Below the pieces are notes generated by a model. It saw only the letters and a program-made list of their open reading frames with translations. It had not been told where the DNA came from and did no database searches. From Folioceros fuciformis (taxonomy: Eukaryota): a DNA stretch of 64,000 bases. Shown here one piece after another: positions 25,051 to 37,283 of the stretch. Position 1 is the stretch's first letter. Each line of letters begins with the position of its first letter. A program made the translations under genes and the position numbers. The stretch is from the NCBI GenBank assembly GCA_049999805.1, contig JBNGIO010005405.1, positions 1 through 64,000 of the forward strand, written 5' to 3'.

Positions 25051-28000
25051 ATGGTGCAAGCTTTGCAGGCCGCGGTGGCGGTGTCAGATTTTCGATGCAG
25101 GACTTCCTCTAGTTCATCTTCCACCAGGAGCGTGTGCTCCTTGAAGCAGCGGAGGCGGTTGAGTCGATTTCTGCAGTCCTCGGAGCAGTATCATGGTGCT
25201 GCGATTTCTGGAAAATGTGTGTCCCGGCCAGATGTAGTTGTCTCCTCTTTGGCAGAGAGGGCAACCCCGGGTTTGCAGGTACTGCGGGTCTCCTTGCCGG
25301 GTAAAGTCACCTACAAGGCGGTCGTCTCAGCTACCAGGAAGATCAATCCCGATTTTGTTGGAGATCTCCTGAAGCAGAAAGGCGGGGCAGTTAAAGACGA
25401 GCTCAGAAGCCGTCTGGATATCGCTACGGATGCGATTGCGGATGTTTTTGGCCAGCGTGTTTTGCTTGAGCTGATCAGTGAAGAGATTGATCCAGGTAAT
25501 CTCATGCTGTGCGAGGAGCAGTACCACGTTCAGACTATGTTTGCTCATCGACATGGAATCGTAGGCCTTGATACTCTACATTTTTATCTGTTCTGTATGC
25601 CGGTTCCGAAATACTCAAGCTCGGCTGCCTGTGATTGGCTATGGCAGCTACTGGGTCTGGGGAGAGGAGTAAGGAAAGTCATTTGACGAATTGGTTGGAG
25701 CATGTATGGGGAGGCGAAACGGATGTGGAGTATACAGCTGAGTTTATTGTAGATGGGAGCTTCGGTACTCCAGGGGCAATTACTGTTGTGAACAAGCATA
25801 AAACTGAGCTCTATATCAAGACAATCTCGTTGACATCAGTGGAAACTTCGCAGACCTATTACTTTCTGTGCTCCTCGTATGTGGACAGTTTTGAAAAGCT
25901 CCCAGAAAAGAGGGTCTTCTTCAGGAATACGGTGAGATTCTTCCGCAGAACAGCTTTGATTGAAGGAAAAACGTAAAAGTCTGGATGGAGCTTGACATTT
26001 TCTGCGGAATCTCGTTTTTCCAGGCCTACCTGCCAGGGGACACTCCAGCTGGTTTAAAGGAAGTACGAGAAACGCAGCTCGCCAGCGTGCGAGGGAACGG
26101 CACCGGCGTTAGGAAGGTTTGGGAGCGTATATATGAGTACGATGTGTACAACGATTTGGGTAATGGTGACGCAAATGAGGATCTGGTAAGGCCCATTCTC
26201 GGTGGGAATGAGGATCTGCCTTACCCCCGCAGATGCAGAACTGGGCGTCCACCAACTAATGCAGGTGCAGTCTCTACTCCTTCCTATTGTTATCGAGGAC
26301 AATATCCTAGCTTTCCAAGCTCAACAACAACCCAGGAAAGCCAGGCTGGATGCAGCACTCCTTCTCTTGCATTCTACTTAGGGTGTCGTTATGTGGTTGA
26401 CATGTTGTTGTCCTACTCCAGATCCTTCCAAAGAAAGCCTGGAGCCACCTACCGGTAGCAACTACGTGCCTCGTGATGAGGCGTTTTCAGATGTGAAGCA
26501 GGCGGATTTTGTTGCCGGAAGCTTGAAGGCTCTCATGCAGCAACTTTTGCCGGCCTCTCTCTCAAAAAACACGGCCACCCCGACGGAGTTTGACTCTTTC
26601 GATGACATCGACGATTTATTCAAGTATGACGAGCAGGAAATACATTCGGACGGGTTCATCGACCGCATCTTCAGTGTGGTAGGAGAGATCTTCACCATTC
26701 CTGGAGAGCAGGACGCTGACAGCGGGTTGCAGTATCCATCTCCCTTGGTTGTCGAGGGTAAGCCATGCATCCTCCTTGTGGTAGTAGGCCGTCGCTGGCA
26801 CACACCGCCTCGAATGCGCATTGAGTTGTTATCTTTTACGAATGTGTGTGTAAACAGGTGACAAATTCAGGTGGATGCGAGATGATGAGTTTGGCCGTCA
26901 AGTCTTAGCAGGCGTGAACCCTGCAGTCGTGGAGCGACTCAAGGTAAATCTTGTAGAGATATTACCCTAATGGCACGGTTCCAAATTTCATGCCAACTTG
27001 TACTGATGTAGGGGAGGGTTCTCACAGGGCTTCCCTCCAGAAAGTTCTCTGGATACCGAAGTATATGGACGGAAAGAATCAGCTCTGACCAAGGAACACC
27101 TGGAGAAGAGCTTAGAGGGTCTGTCTGTGGAGCAAGTAAGAACATGGTACTGCTTGAACCTGGTCACATCAGCTGCTGGATGAGCTTGTATCTGATACCC
27201 GTGGCTGTTTCCTATCTCAGGCCATTGAAGAGAAAAGGCTCTACATTGTTGACAACCACGATCTGTATCTGCCTTTCGTGAACAAAATCAACGCTCTTCA
27301 TGACAGAAAAACCTACGCAAGTCGAGCCATCTTCTTCTACACTTCCAGCGGAATATTTAAACCAGTGGCCATAGAGCTGAGCCTGCCCCCGCCCGAGCCT
27401 GGCACTGAGGGGCGCAAGCAGGTGTTCACTCCTGGAGAGGGTGCCACAAACTCATGGCTCTGGCAACTTGCGAAGACTCATTTCTGTGCAGTCGACGCCG
27501 GAATTCACCAGTTATCGTCGCATTGGTTGGTATCAGCTGCCACCTGAATTTCGTTGATTGCTAGCCTACTGCTTCTCGGTCCTTCCTTTTCCTAACTGTG
27601 GAGATACACGTGGGAATTCCAGGCTCCGGACGCATGCATGCACGGAGCCCTACATCCTCGCCACCAAGAGGCAACTGAGTGCCTTACATCCTATTGCCAA
27701 GTTGCTTCACGATCATTTCCGTTACACTTTGCAGATCAATGGAGCGGCCAGACTCTCCCTCATTTCTGCCGGAGGTACGATTGAGCAGACGTTCACGCCG
27801 GGCAAGTACGCCATGGAAATCAGCTCGGCTATTTACAAACACACTTGGCGTTTCGACAAGGAGAGCCTCCCCGCCGATCTGATTCGAAGGTTAGTGCTGC
27901 CTTCGACGTTATCCTGTGCAAGATGGGTGATGCGACCGGAGACTGACGTGCTGCTGTCGGGAGATCAGGGGGATGGCAGAGGAAACTCCTCAAGGGGTAC

Positions 28001-28743
28001 TCCAGCTTACCATCGAGGACTACCCCTACGCAGCCGACGGCCTCCTCGTATGGAACGCAATAACGTCCTGGGTGGAAGAGTACGTATCCATCTACTACAC
28101 CGACTCCAAGGTGGTAGAGGACACTGAACTGCAGGCCTGGTGGACGGAAATTAGAAGAGATGGGCACGCAGACAAACAAGACGAGCCTTGGTGGCCGGAG
28201 CTGAAGAGCACGGAATCGCTGGTCCACATTCTGACCACCATCATCTGGGTCTCCTCTGCACAGCATGCTGCAGTGAACTTTGGGCAGTATGCCTACGGCG
28301 GATACATCCCCAACAGACCGACCTTGGCGAGACAACTCATTCCCGAAGAGGGGTCTCCAGAGTACGAAGCCTTCCTAGCCAGACCGGAGACGTTTTTCCT
28401 GGCCACCCTCCCCAACCAGGTACAGGCGACCAAGTTGATGTCTACAGTGCAGCTGTTGTCAACCCATTCTCGAGATGAGGAATTCATCGGCGAGCGGCCT
28501 GTGCACTGGACGGGAGACGAGCGAGCCGTAGCAGCCTTGAACAGATTTTCCTCGGCCATTCAGGCCGTAGGGGCGGAAATAGACAGCAGGAATAGGAACC
28601 CGAACCTGACGTTAAGGACCGGTGCTGCAGTCATCCCTTACCTCCTCCTACACCCGCGGACAGAGTTCGTGGAGAAGGACGGCGTACAGGTAGTTGTGCC
28701 TGGCGTAACAGGACGAGGGGTGCCAAATAGTGTTTCTATATAG
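25051..28743 (+). CDS. LOX: Lipoxygenase, likely plastid 13S-LOX
   Basis: Ser/Arg-rich transit-like N-terminus and a PLAT domain (FGTPGAI), then [44 protein letters not shown] and HAAVNFGQY, ending [10 protein letters not shown] at the positional-specificity site suggests 13-LOX. Confidence 0.95.
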
Positions 28744-28889
28744 CCCCATTTAGGCTCCTCTCCTCAGATGTGCGTTCGTCCTGACGTAAGCGGCCAGTTT
28801 GCGTATCCTGCAAAGGCTTAAAACTCGTTAAGTGAGATGAGCGCCATCCCGATGTGCGATTATCCACGTTGGAATCTGAAGACTTTATA

Positions 28890-30041
28890 TAGAAGAAAAC
28901 AAAGAAATGAAAGTTTCACCTACCTTGATAAGGGTAAGGGGAACAACCTCATTGTAGCAACCTGCAATGAGAAAAGCCAAGAATGGGCCTACCTCCCTTC
29001 TTTTAACTCCTCTTTATCGCCCCCAAGATATTGTTTTCATGTACAAGGTATGGCCTACTTACCACCGGGGCCGTTGAAGCGCAGCGGAATGAAGTTGCAT
29101 CCGCTGCGCTTGATGTTGTTTCAAAAATTGTGTTTGCCAAGGCCTTTTGTAGCACAATCAAAACCCATAGCCCGAAAAAATGCCACCACATCAGATTGGG
29201 AAGCCGTCCGCCGCTCCTATTAACATTGATGGGCCTTTGTGTAGGTCTTCAAAAACCTGGAAAAATCCTTACCCATGGCACTGTACGTTTCAATAGCAAG
29301 GGGGATGAACAACAGACTCTGTTGCACGAGTGTGTACTTGCAAGTCTTCCTTGTCGCGCTTTCTTCTGCCGCCCAACTTAGGGGTTGATAATGACGTGCT
29401 CGCTGATGGTTGTCCGAGTGGGGTCTATGATAACCACATCCGCTATAGAAACCTAATCCCCCTTGGTTAGGAAAAGGTCTTCAATGAGGGAGACACCGTT
29501 GAGCAAGGTATATCGGCGCTCCTTGTAGAGGAAGAAACTACCCTCCTTGGCCAAAGAAAACATAACGTCCCTCATTGCATTATGGGTGGTGATGTGCTAC
29601 CCGCGAATAGGACAATGCACTAGGTGGCTCTAGGGTCATCAAGGAGGACCCCACAACTACAAGAAGAAAGAAACCAGGCCAATGGCTAGACCAAGCCAGA
29701 GTGGAACCTCATTGCAGTAGAGAAAGAAGCTAGTGCGATTTGGAAAGCCTATATTCATCAACGGGCCAAAAGCCAAGAGCCAGCGCCCTTCCCCAAACAA
29801 GATCGAAGGCGTGTCCGAGCTAGCTTGTCAATAGAGCAGCTCTTGTTCACAATGCTTTTCCATAAGGGTGGTCTAAAGCCCCCCCATACCCCTACAAAGG
29901 AAGCAGGAAAAAGAAGGCATGACCAATCAAGCTTGTGAGGATAAGAGATCTCAGGCTCTCATGAGGGACTCTTGGAGGGGGAATGGCCCCTCCTCAACTG
30001 CGATGACACCTCCAAAACGCCTGAGTTTCCGATGGAGAAGC
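28890..30041 (-). mobile_element. Degenerate CRE-like RLE non-LTR retrotransposon, 3' portion
   Basis: With stops and frameshifts the minus strand reads RLRSCLGKGAGSWLLAR...FSTAMRF..GL...CSCG..LD...HLVHC....THNAMRD...ADVVIIDPTR...KTCKY...FIPLAIETYSAMGKDF...LQKALAN...NILGAIKRS*. This is a zinc knuckle plus an RLE-type domain. Confidence 0.75.
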
Positions 30042-30073
30042 TGAAAGGAAAGGAAGATGTTGATTGTAATCAA

Positions 30074-31116
30074 TGTCGTGAAATTGTCAGCATGTGTCCT
30101 ATTCCTATAACAGGTGTTCTGAACAGCAGCTCACACACTTCCTATCTGCCTACACACCAAGACTGAGCATTCAACTCATCTTCTTAGCATCCTCAGATGT
30201 TGCCCACTGGCTAGCCGTGTCCTCATAGCGTCCTCACAAAAGCAGTGACAGTGGAGGAAAATGGATTTATCCTAATTAAATTCAATGGAGGTTGGAAGGG
30301 TCTCGCAGATGGCACACAACACACACGTCATGTGAGTCACCCCAAGTTCAGGCCCTAGTGTCCACCACAGTAGTTACAACGAACACCAATGGCCAATCCC
30401 CAAACTACCCGACTCGCACACTCAGCGATTGGGTAGCACAAAAACATGAGCTGAAGTAAGTCATCTCCCTTTTGATCACACTGGCAAACAGCCCCTCCTG
30501 CGGACTCAAGTACATATGCACTGATTCTTAGAGCGTGACCCCAACACAGAACTTCCGGAAACTCGATTCGTGCTGACATTAATTGTTCAGCTCTTAAGAG
30601 CACAATGGGTCATGACACCGAATGCTTGCATACAAGTTCCCATCAGCCCTGTCAAGAGAACCCCTTCGGCGCTAGCTTGCCAGTCTACTCAACAGGAAAA
30701 GACTTCTCACAACTGAGGTTTCTCCCCGATTGCTTTGCACTTAGCTACTACGTCGCCACTCGCCCTGATGATGTTCTCCCCACCAGCCACGCGCTTCACA
30801 CTAGTGTTGCACTCCTCTTCAGCGGCTCGTCCACGCTCCAATGTGTCTTCATGTGTTCAGGCTGGTCCGACCACTCCTCCACCTCGCTGCTCAAGCGTGA
30901 AGACCACCTTGCAGTTGCTTGCTAGTACAGTATATATTGGCTTAAGCATGTCTGTCAGCTGACCCTGCTTAACGAACTACTAAGCTAACAGCCAACCCAG
31001 CTTAACGAACCACTAAGCTAACAGCCAACCCAACTTAACGAACCACTAAGCTAACAGCCAACCTAGCTTAACGAACTACTAAGCTAACAACCAGCACAGC
31101 TTAGCATGTCCTGACA
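30074..31116. mobile_element. 1,043-bp solo LTR (TG...CA) inserted in the copia 3' LTR, with a 4-bp TSD TCAA/TCAG
   Basis: The empty site in the other LTR is GTAA-TCAG-TGTAC. The filled site is GTAA-TCAA-[TGTCGTG...CCTGACA]-TCAG-TGTAC. Confidence 0.75.
30968..31099. repeat. 33-bp tandem repeat x4 inside the solo LTR (CTTAACGAACYACTAAGCTAACAGCCAACCCAG)
   Basis: Directly visible. It lies just upstream (minus sense) of a TATATA at ~30931, as expected for U3 enhancer repeats. Confidence 0.9.
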
Positions 31117-34100
31117 TCAGTGTACAAGGGGCTCAGGCTTATGAGAGCGGTTCGTGAAACATTGTGACGGTTCGCTTGACAATTGAGCTTAGGCTAGCTT
31201 ATGTTATTCCTAACACGCCCCCTTAAGCTAGATTAGAGATGAGCTATGAGCCATCAGCTAATGTCATCCCAAATCCACTACACCAGATTTTGTACTTGGG
31301 CTTCGGTAAGGCTTTAGTAAGAACATCAGCCCACTGATCGCTTGTAGGAGTGTAAGCCAGTGATAGTTCACCACTCTCCACCTTCTCACGAAGGAAGTGA
31401 AAATGCATCTTAATGTGTGTTTCAATCGATTGTGAAGCCTTGAGTTTTGAGAAAGCATAATTGTGGACTGGTTGTCACACATCAAACGAATGGGGCTATC
31501 ATGAGGAAAACCAAGCTCACAAAGAAGTCGACATAGCCACACAGCTTCCTTGGCAATGGCAGCAGCAGCAATGTACTCAGATTCAGTCGAACTCATAGCA
31601 ACTATGGTCTGCTTCCTGGACTGCCAACTAACAGCTCCACCTGCCAATGTAAAAACAAAACCCGTATACAATTTTCGAGAATCAGGATCTTCAGCCCAAT
31701 CTGCATCAGTCCAACCACAAAGGTTAGAATCTGAATGCTTTCTATGGTAACAGATGCCTCGACGTCAAGTAGCTTGAAGATATCTTAATATCCTTTTCAC
31801 AAAGGACCAATGAGTAGGACCAGGGTTAGACATAAACTGAGGCGTGTGAGAAGCCAAGAAAGCAATATCGGGATGAGAGTTCTGCACAAGGTGCGGAACA
31901 GAGCCTATAACTTGACAATAAGGTTGAGCTTTCATTGCAGCCCTTGCAGCATCGTCTTGAGGTGACATAACCTTGGTCAACTTCACACCAGCTTGTAAAG
32001 GAGTATCAATCGGATGGCAATTCTTCATGTGGAACCTGGTGAGAACATCATCAACATACTTTGCTTGATAGATGGTGATGATCTGATTTTCAGCATCATA
32101 TTTAACTTGCACACCAAGACAATACTCTAGAATGCCATTATCAGTCATTTTGAATTCTGAGTTCAGCTGTGACTTAGCATGCTTGAGAACCTAAAGACTG
32201 TCAGAAAAGATGGCTAGATCATCGACATAAAGTGCTATGATCACCAGCCCTAAAATTGAGCTTCTGACATAGATATTAGTATCAGCTGTAGTCTTATGAT
32301 AGCTGACCTTAGTCATGTACTGATCAAAACGGTCATACCACGCTCGAGGCGATTGTTTCAGCCCATAGATGGTGCGTTGCAATTTACAAACCTTCTTTTC
32401 CTGTCCAGGAGTGATATAACCTTCAGGTTGAGGCATGAAGGCTTCTTCCTTAAGGACTCCATTAAGAAAGGTAGTCTGCACATCCATTCGATGGACATGC
32501 AGTCGATGGATTGCTGCCAAAGCTAGCAGCACACACAAAGAGGTAAGCTTAACAACAGGGTTGAATACACCCTCATCAGAGTAATCAATACCCTTCTGTT
32601 GAGTATAACCACGGGCCACAAGCCGGGCCTTGTAACGAGCAAGAGTACCATCCGCTCAGTATTTTTTCTTGTACACCCATTTACAGGTGAAGGAAGATGT
32701 GTGAGTATCCATGTTTAATTAGAGATGAGTGAAGCATATTCTTGATCAGTGGCTATCTTCCACTAAGCAGCTTTGGGTCCGGATAGAGCCTTAGAGATAG
32801 ATGCTGGTTTGCCCCCTTGAGGAGGACGGGCCCAAGCACCATAGCCATGAGAAAAGTCCAAGTCTGCAAACTTGGTGGCTGGCACCCCTTGGGTGGAACA
32901 AGAAGAACGACGTAAAACAGGACTAGGAGGAGGGCCCATAATGCCGGGAGAGAGATGGCGAGGAGGTGAATCAGCTAAATCAAAAGAGCCAAGAGAAGGA
33001 AGAGAGTCACCAGATAAAGGAGGCCCCTCAAGCACTGCACTACGAGGAGAGGAAGGAGAAGAATCGGGGAAGAGACTTGCACTCCAACCCCAATCATCCT
33101 TGGAGCCAACCGTATGAGGGGGAGATGTCGGTGAAGCAAGCTCAACAGAGGGAACCTCAAGAGAATTATTAGGGTTTGGAGTAGGAGCCAAGTTGGTAGG
33201 TGGAGTCGAAAGAGAAACCAATGGAGGAACAACAACAGGGTTAGGAACTACAGGAACAGGGTAAGGGATAGATGGAGGGGAGGGCATCGGAATAAGAGAG
33301 TCCTCATCATAAGTGATGACTCCAGAATCTGAAGAGAAATTGTCAGATGGAGGGGCGCCCCCAGGAGCGGAAGCATGCAAAAAAGGTGTCTCATCAAATA
33401 TCACATTACGGCTGACAGTAACGCATTTGGTAGCCTTGTCAAGCAATTTGTATCCTTTGATACCCTCATCTTCACCATATCCAATGAAAGTCAGCTTCTT
33501 CGACGTAGGGTCAAATTTCTTATGTAGCTTGGAAGGAATGTGTTGATAGGCATCGCAGCCAAAGATTCATAAGTGTGTGATGGAGGGCTTCCTCCCAGTC
33601 CAACACTTAAACGGTGTTTAAGTTGGGAGTGAGGTAGTACTGCAGCGGTTCTGAACATAGCAAGTAGTAGCAGTGGCATCTGCCCGGAGAAAGTTAGGCA
33701 AACTTGCAGCAAGCAGGTTAGTGCGGCCACCCATGATTACTTCCTTTATGCGATTCTTAGCTTTACTGTTCTGCTGCTAGGAATAACGAGTGGCCATTTG
33801 ATGTTGAATACCCGCAGCAAGGAGAAAGGGTTTGAAGGCGATAAACTCGCCACCACCGTCTGTGCGCAAGACTTTGATGGTGTGGCCTGTGAGATTTTCA
33901 ACAAGAGCCTTGTACTTGCGAAAGGCAGTTAGGGCTTCGTGCTTATGACGAAGAAAGTAGAGGTGTGTGTAATGGCTGAAATCATCCAGGAGCAAGAAGA
34001 GATACGAATGGCCACCTAGGGAGACAATTTGCATCGGACCACTGAGATCAGCATGGATAAGTTCGAGAACCTTGGAGGTGCGACTGGAAGAGTGAGGATA

Positions 34101-35546
34101 AGAGTGAACCTTATGTTTTCCAAGAACGCAACCACTACAAAGAGGTATATCTTAATGAACTTAAGAAGGCCAAGAACCATGTCCTCCTTAGACATTCTTT
34201 TGATGTCGTGAAGGTGATGATGGGCTAACCGTAAATGCCAGAGCTTTGATTCTAATTCCACAAGCAAGTAGGTAGCGCTAAGACTAAGAACGGGAGCCGA
34301 TTGGCTAGGAAATATGCCACGAGCTACCGGATACAATCTGCTACAGGGAGGGCACGTGAAAGTCACAACGTCACCCTCTCGTGAAAAGGTATGTATGGTA
34401 CAACCTTGTTGAGTGAAAGAAATCCTACTTTGATCATGTGAGAGACACTTGAATATAGAAAGCAGATTGATTACCAAGCTAGGGACATGAAGAACGTCCC
34501 TAATCATAACCACTTGATTAGTAGGAAGTTGAACTTGGACAACGCCCTTGCCGGTGGCATGCAGAGTGACAGCACTTCCAACTTGAATAGGAAAAGGTGT
34601 TGATAATTTGTCAAGAGTGAGAAACCACTCACGATGAGAGGTCATGTGCTCTGTAGGGCCAAAATCCATGAGCCATTCATCATTGGCTTGGGAAAAAGGC
34701 AAAGTACGGTCCATGAAGAGAAAGGCGGACTTAGTAGCATGAGCAGAGGGCTTAGGTGTGGAACTCGGAGAAGGTATGTCAACACTATTAGCCCTATCCC
34801 TTTTAGGCTTCCTACCGTCATCGTTTGGCACAATAATGGTAGACTTTGTCTTTATGTGCAGGATTAGGTGAAGAAAACCAAGGTGTTTTATCAGCGCCAA
34901 AACGAGGCTTCCAAGGTTTCCTACCACTAGTGTAAAGGACCGTAGAGCCCTATGGAGAAGGAGACATAGAGAGGGAAGACTGCTTCATCATGCCTTCATG
35001 CATGATAAGAGCAATAAGGGAGGTCAGGGATAGAGCCTTAGAAGTACTCATTTGAGTAGAAATAAAGGGACCCCAGGAAGGGGTGAGAGCCCTAAGGAGA
35101 TGCATGACTTGAGTCTCTTCATCTAATTTGAGACCTGTAGAAATTGCAGCATCTAAAAATCCTTGCCATGATTCGAGGAATTCTAAGACAGGTTGATTTT
35201 CACCTAGCTTGCAGGCTAAAAGGAGATCTTGGGCATGTAACCGTGAAGCTACACTCGCCTCTTGGTAAGTACTTGTAAGTTTGCCCCACATCTCTTTAGA
35301 AGTAGGTAATCATTTGATAATGGGGATCAAGCGATCACCAACATGTAATAAAAATATCTAACCTAGCTTGTGAATCTTTGGCTAACCATTCAGGCTCGTC
35401 GGCCTTTGATACCCTAAGAGGAAAGGAAGATGTTGATCGTAATCAGTGTACAAGGGGCTCAGGCTTATGAGAGCGGTTCGTGAAACATCGTGACAGTTCG
35501 CTTGACAATTGAGCTTAGGCTAGCTTATGTTATTCTTAATAGAAGT

Positions 35547-35815
35547 GAGTCATCAAAGCTAGGGCAAAGAGTGCCTAACTGTTAAGAAAAGCAGTTAACG
35601 TAAAAGCCTTCATAGGCAATAACCCAATGCCACCTGAAGCAATGGGTAGGGATGCCTATCTCCTAGCCAAATCACCTGCAGTACAGTTGAATGAACATGG
35701 GCCAATAATGTCCTCTAATTCCTTCGGAACCTGCTTATCGAAGTCCCTCAATTTGGAAAGAAAATATGGGGATGGAGACACAGTCTGGACGAGGTACATG
35801 GGGGCGTTAGCGGGT
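35547..35815 (-). mobile_element. CRE-like LINE, upstream portion (RT thumb region), split off by the copia insertion
   Basis: The minus strand reads PMYLVQTVSPSPYFLSKLRDFDKQ...ARR*ASLPIASGGIGL...AFLNS*AL, matching the (Q)xxLP...GGxG...A..S motif. It runs into the TSD and resumes at 30041. Confidence 0.7.
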
Positions 35816-35862
35816 GGAGAGATGTCGTAGACCACCTACGTGTCCCAATGTGTGTCAAATCC

Positions 35863-36145
35863 TCCATCAAACCTACATCCACAATTTTGTCCATGAAATT
35901 GGAATCCTTCGTCAAACCTACATCCACAAATTTGCAATGAAATCGGAATCTTCCATCAAACCTACATCCACAAATTAGCAGATGAAATCGGANNNNNNNN
36001 NNGAATCTTCCATCAAACCTACATCCACAAATTAGCAGATGAAATCGGAGGGTCACCATTTAACCTACATGCACAAAGTAGCAGATGAAATCGGAGGGTC
36101 ACCATTTAACCTACATCCACGAATTAGCAGATGAAATTGGAGGGC
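35863..36145. repeat. ~45-bp tandem repeat, at least 6 copies (CCATCAAACCTACATCCACAAATTAGCAGATGAAATCGGA...), with an internal gap
   Basis: Directly visible; Ns at 35993-36002. Confidence 0.85.
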
Positions 36146-37022
36146 CAACGATAACCCCAGCAGATCCCAATAGAGAATCAATATTCTCCTCCTCAAATCA
36201 ACTTGCACCACACCCAACTCCCGCACCACACCCAACTGCCGCACCACAAGAAGGCCATCGAAGTCAGGTTGCATCAACAATCAACCCGGGGGCCCCAAAC
36301 TGGAGTGCGATGAACCCCGGGCGGGCTGCATCAACAGTCAACCCGGAGGCCCCAAACTGGAGTGCGGCGAACCCCGGGGCCTACCGAACCTCGGCCCCGC
36401 CCGACCTGGGCCCGCTGCCACGCCCGAACCGGCACGCCGGACCGGCCCCACAGAGAGAGAGCCGCCGGGCGCCCACGAGCCGCGGGGGGCCCATACGGCC
36501 GGGCGCCCCGACGGCCCCGCCGTAGCCCGCTCTCGGCTCCGACCGCCCCCGCGGCTCCCGCTCCTCGCCGCTCACTGTTGCAAAACCCTTCGTGTTGCAT
36601 TTGATGATGTACTGTAGTCGTGAGCATTAGCCGTGTGCCAGTCTACCCGTCTGCAGCTGCAGCTGCAGCTGCAGTGCGTGCAGAGCAGTGCAGGCCAGTC
36701 GCTCAGCACAGCTCTATCCTCCTCGTCAGGCGTGGCCACGTAACCTCCTGGTATACACGTTTTATGACACTCCAAGAAGGTGCATCCAAATACTGCCCGC
36801 TTCCTGCATGCTCCATATTCTTACCTCCAAGCGATAAACGTCTCAAAACCTGAACCTCGATTCATCTCGGCTTCCCTACTGTTGCTGCTGTAATCACATG
36901 GCTTGGTTGGCGTCCTTGCTTCGTTTAGCCGTTGCCGCCGCTTGTCCCGTGAGTGGATCCACGATTCGATGGGCAAAGGATTCCCCCAGTTCCACCTCTC
37001 TCCAGGATGAGCCACCATCAAA

Positions 37023-37283
37023 TCATGCAGGGGCAACGTCCAGGTCCATGATACTCTTCACTCGGGGAGCGTAAAGGTTATAGATGACAGCTTGCCGCTT
37101 CGCAATCTCCAGCTGCTGCTTGCCGAACTGGACGGCCTGTTCCAGCTGCTTCTCATCCTGTAGATGCCTATTCGCCACGAATCCCTCCCGACTCCTCCTC
37201 TTGATGTACTCCCGCACGTTTTAGTTGGAGAATTTGCCCGCCTCCCGCAACAGAGCTCGATACAACGCTGGCGGCGAAGACAT
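37023..37283 (-). pseudogene. ISD11: ISD11/LYRM4 (Fe-S assembly LYR protein) with an in-frame TAA at codon 21
   Basis: MSSPPALYRALLREAGKFSN*NVREYIKRRSREGF...QLEIAKRQAVIYNLYAPRVKSIMD. The stop at 37221-37223 sits where Tyr of the F..YN.REY motif is expected. Could be a base-call error rather than a pseudogene. Confidence 0.8.

Larger units (their letters stand above)
30042..35541 (-). mobile_element. Full-length degenerate Ty1/copia LTR retrotransposon with 127-bp LTRs and a 5-bp TSD (GAAGC/GAAGT)
   Basis: Domain order is gag (34950-35291), protease (WLMDFGPTEHMT), integrase (LRTDGGGEF), RT (MDVQTTFLNG, IYGLKQSPRAW, LYVDD) and RNase H (SSTESEY, CDNQS). 5' LTR 35415-35541; 3' LTR 30042-30073 plus 31121-31215. 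Degenerate Met-i PBS (GGGTATCAAAG) at ~35404-35414 and PPT at ~31216-31227. Confidence 0.93.

Noticed and set aside
9455-28743. Apparent redox/plastid cluster (ENH1, catalase, PAA1, LOX)
   Set aside because: Different compartments and pathways, mixed orientation and no shared motif seen. Chance adjacency is sufficient.
36650-36673. (CTGCAG)4 palindromic microsatellite
   Set aside because: A short simple repeat with no evident function.
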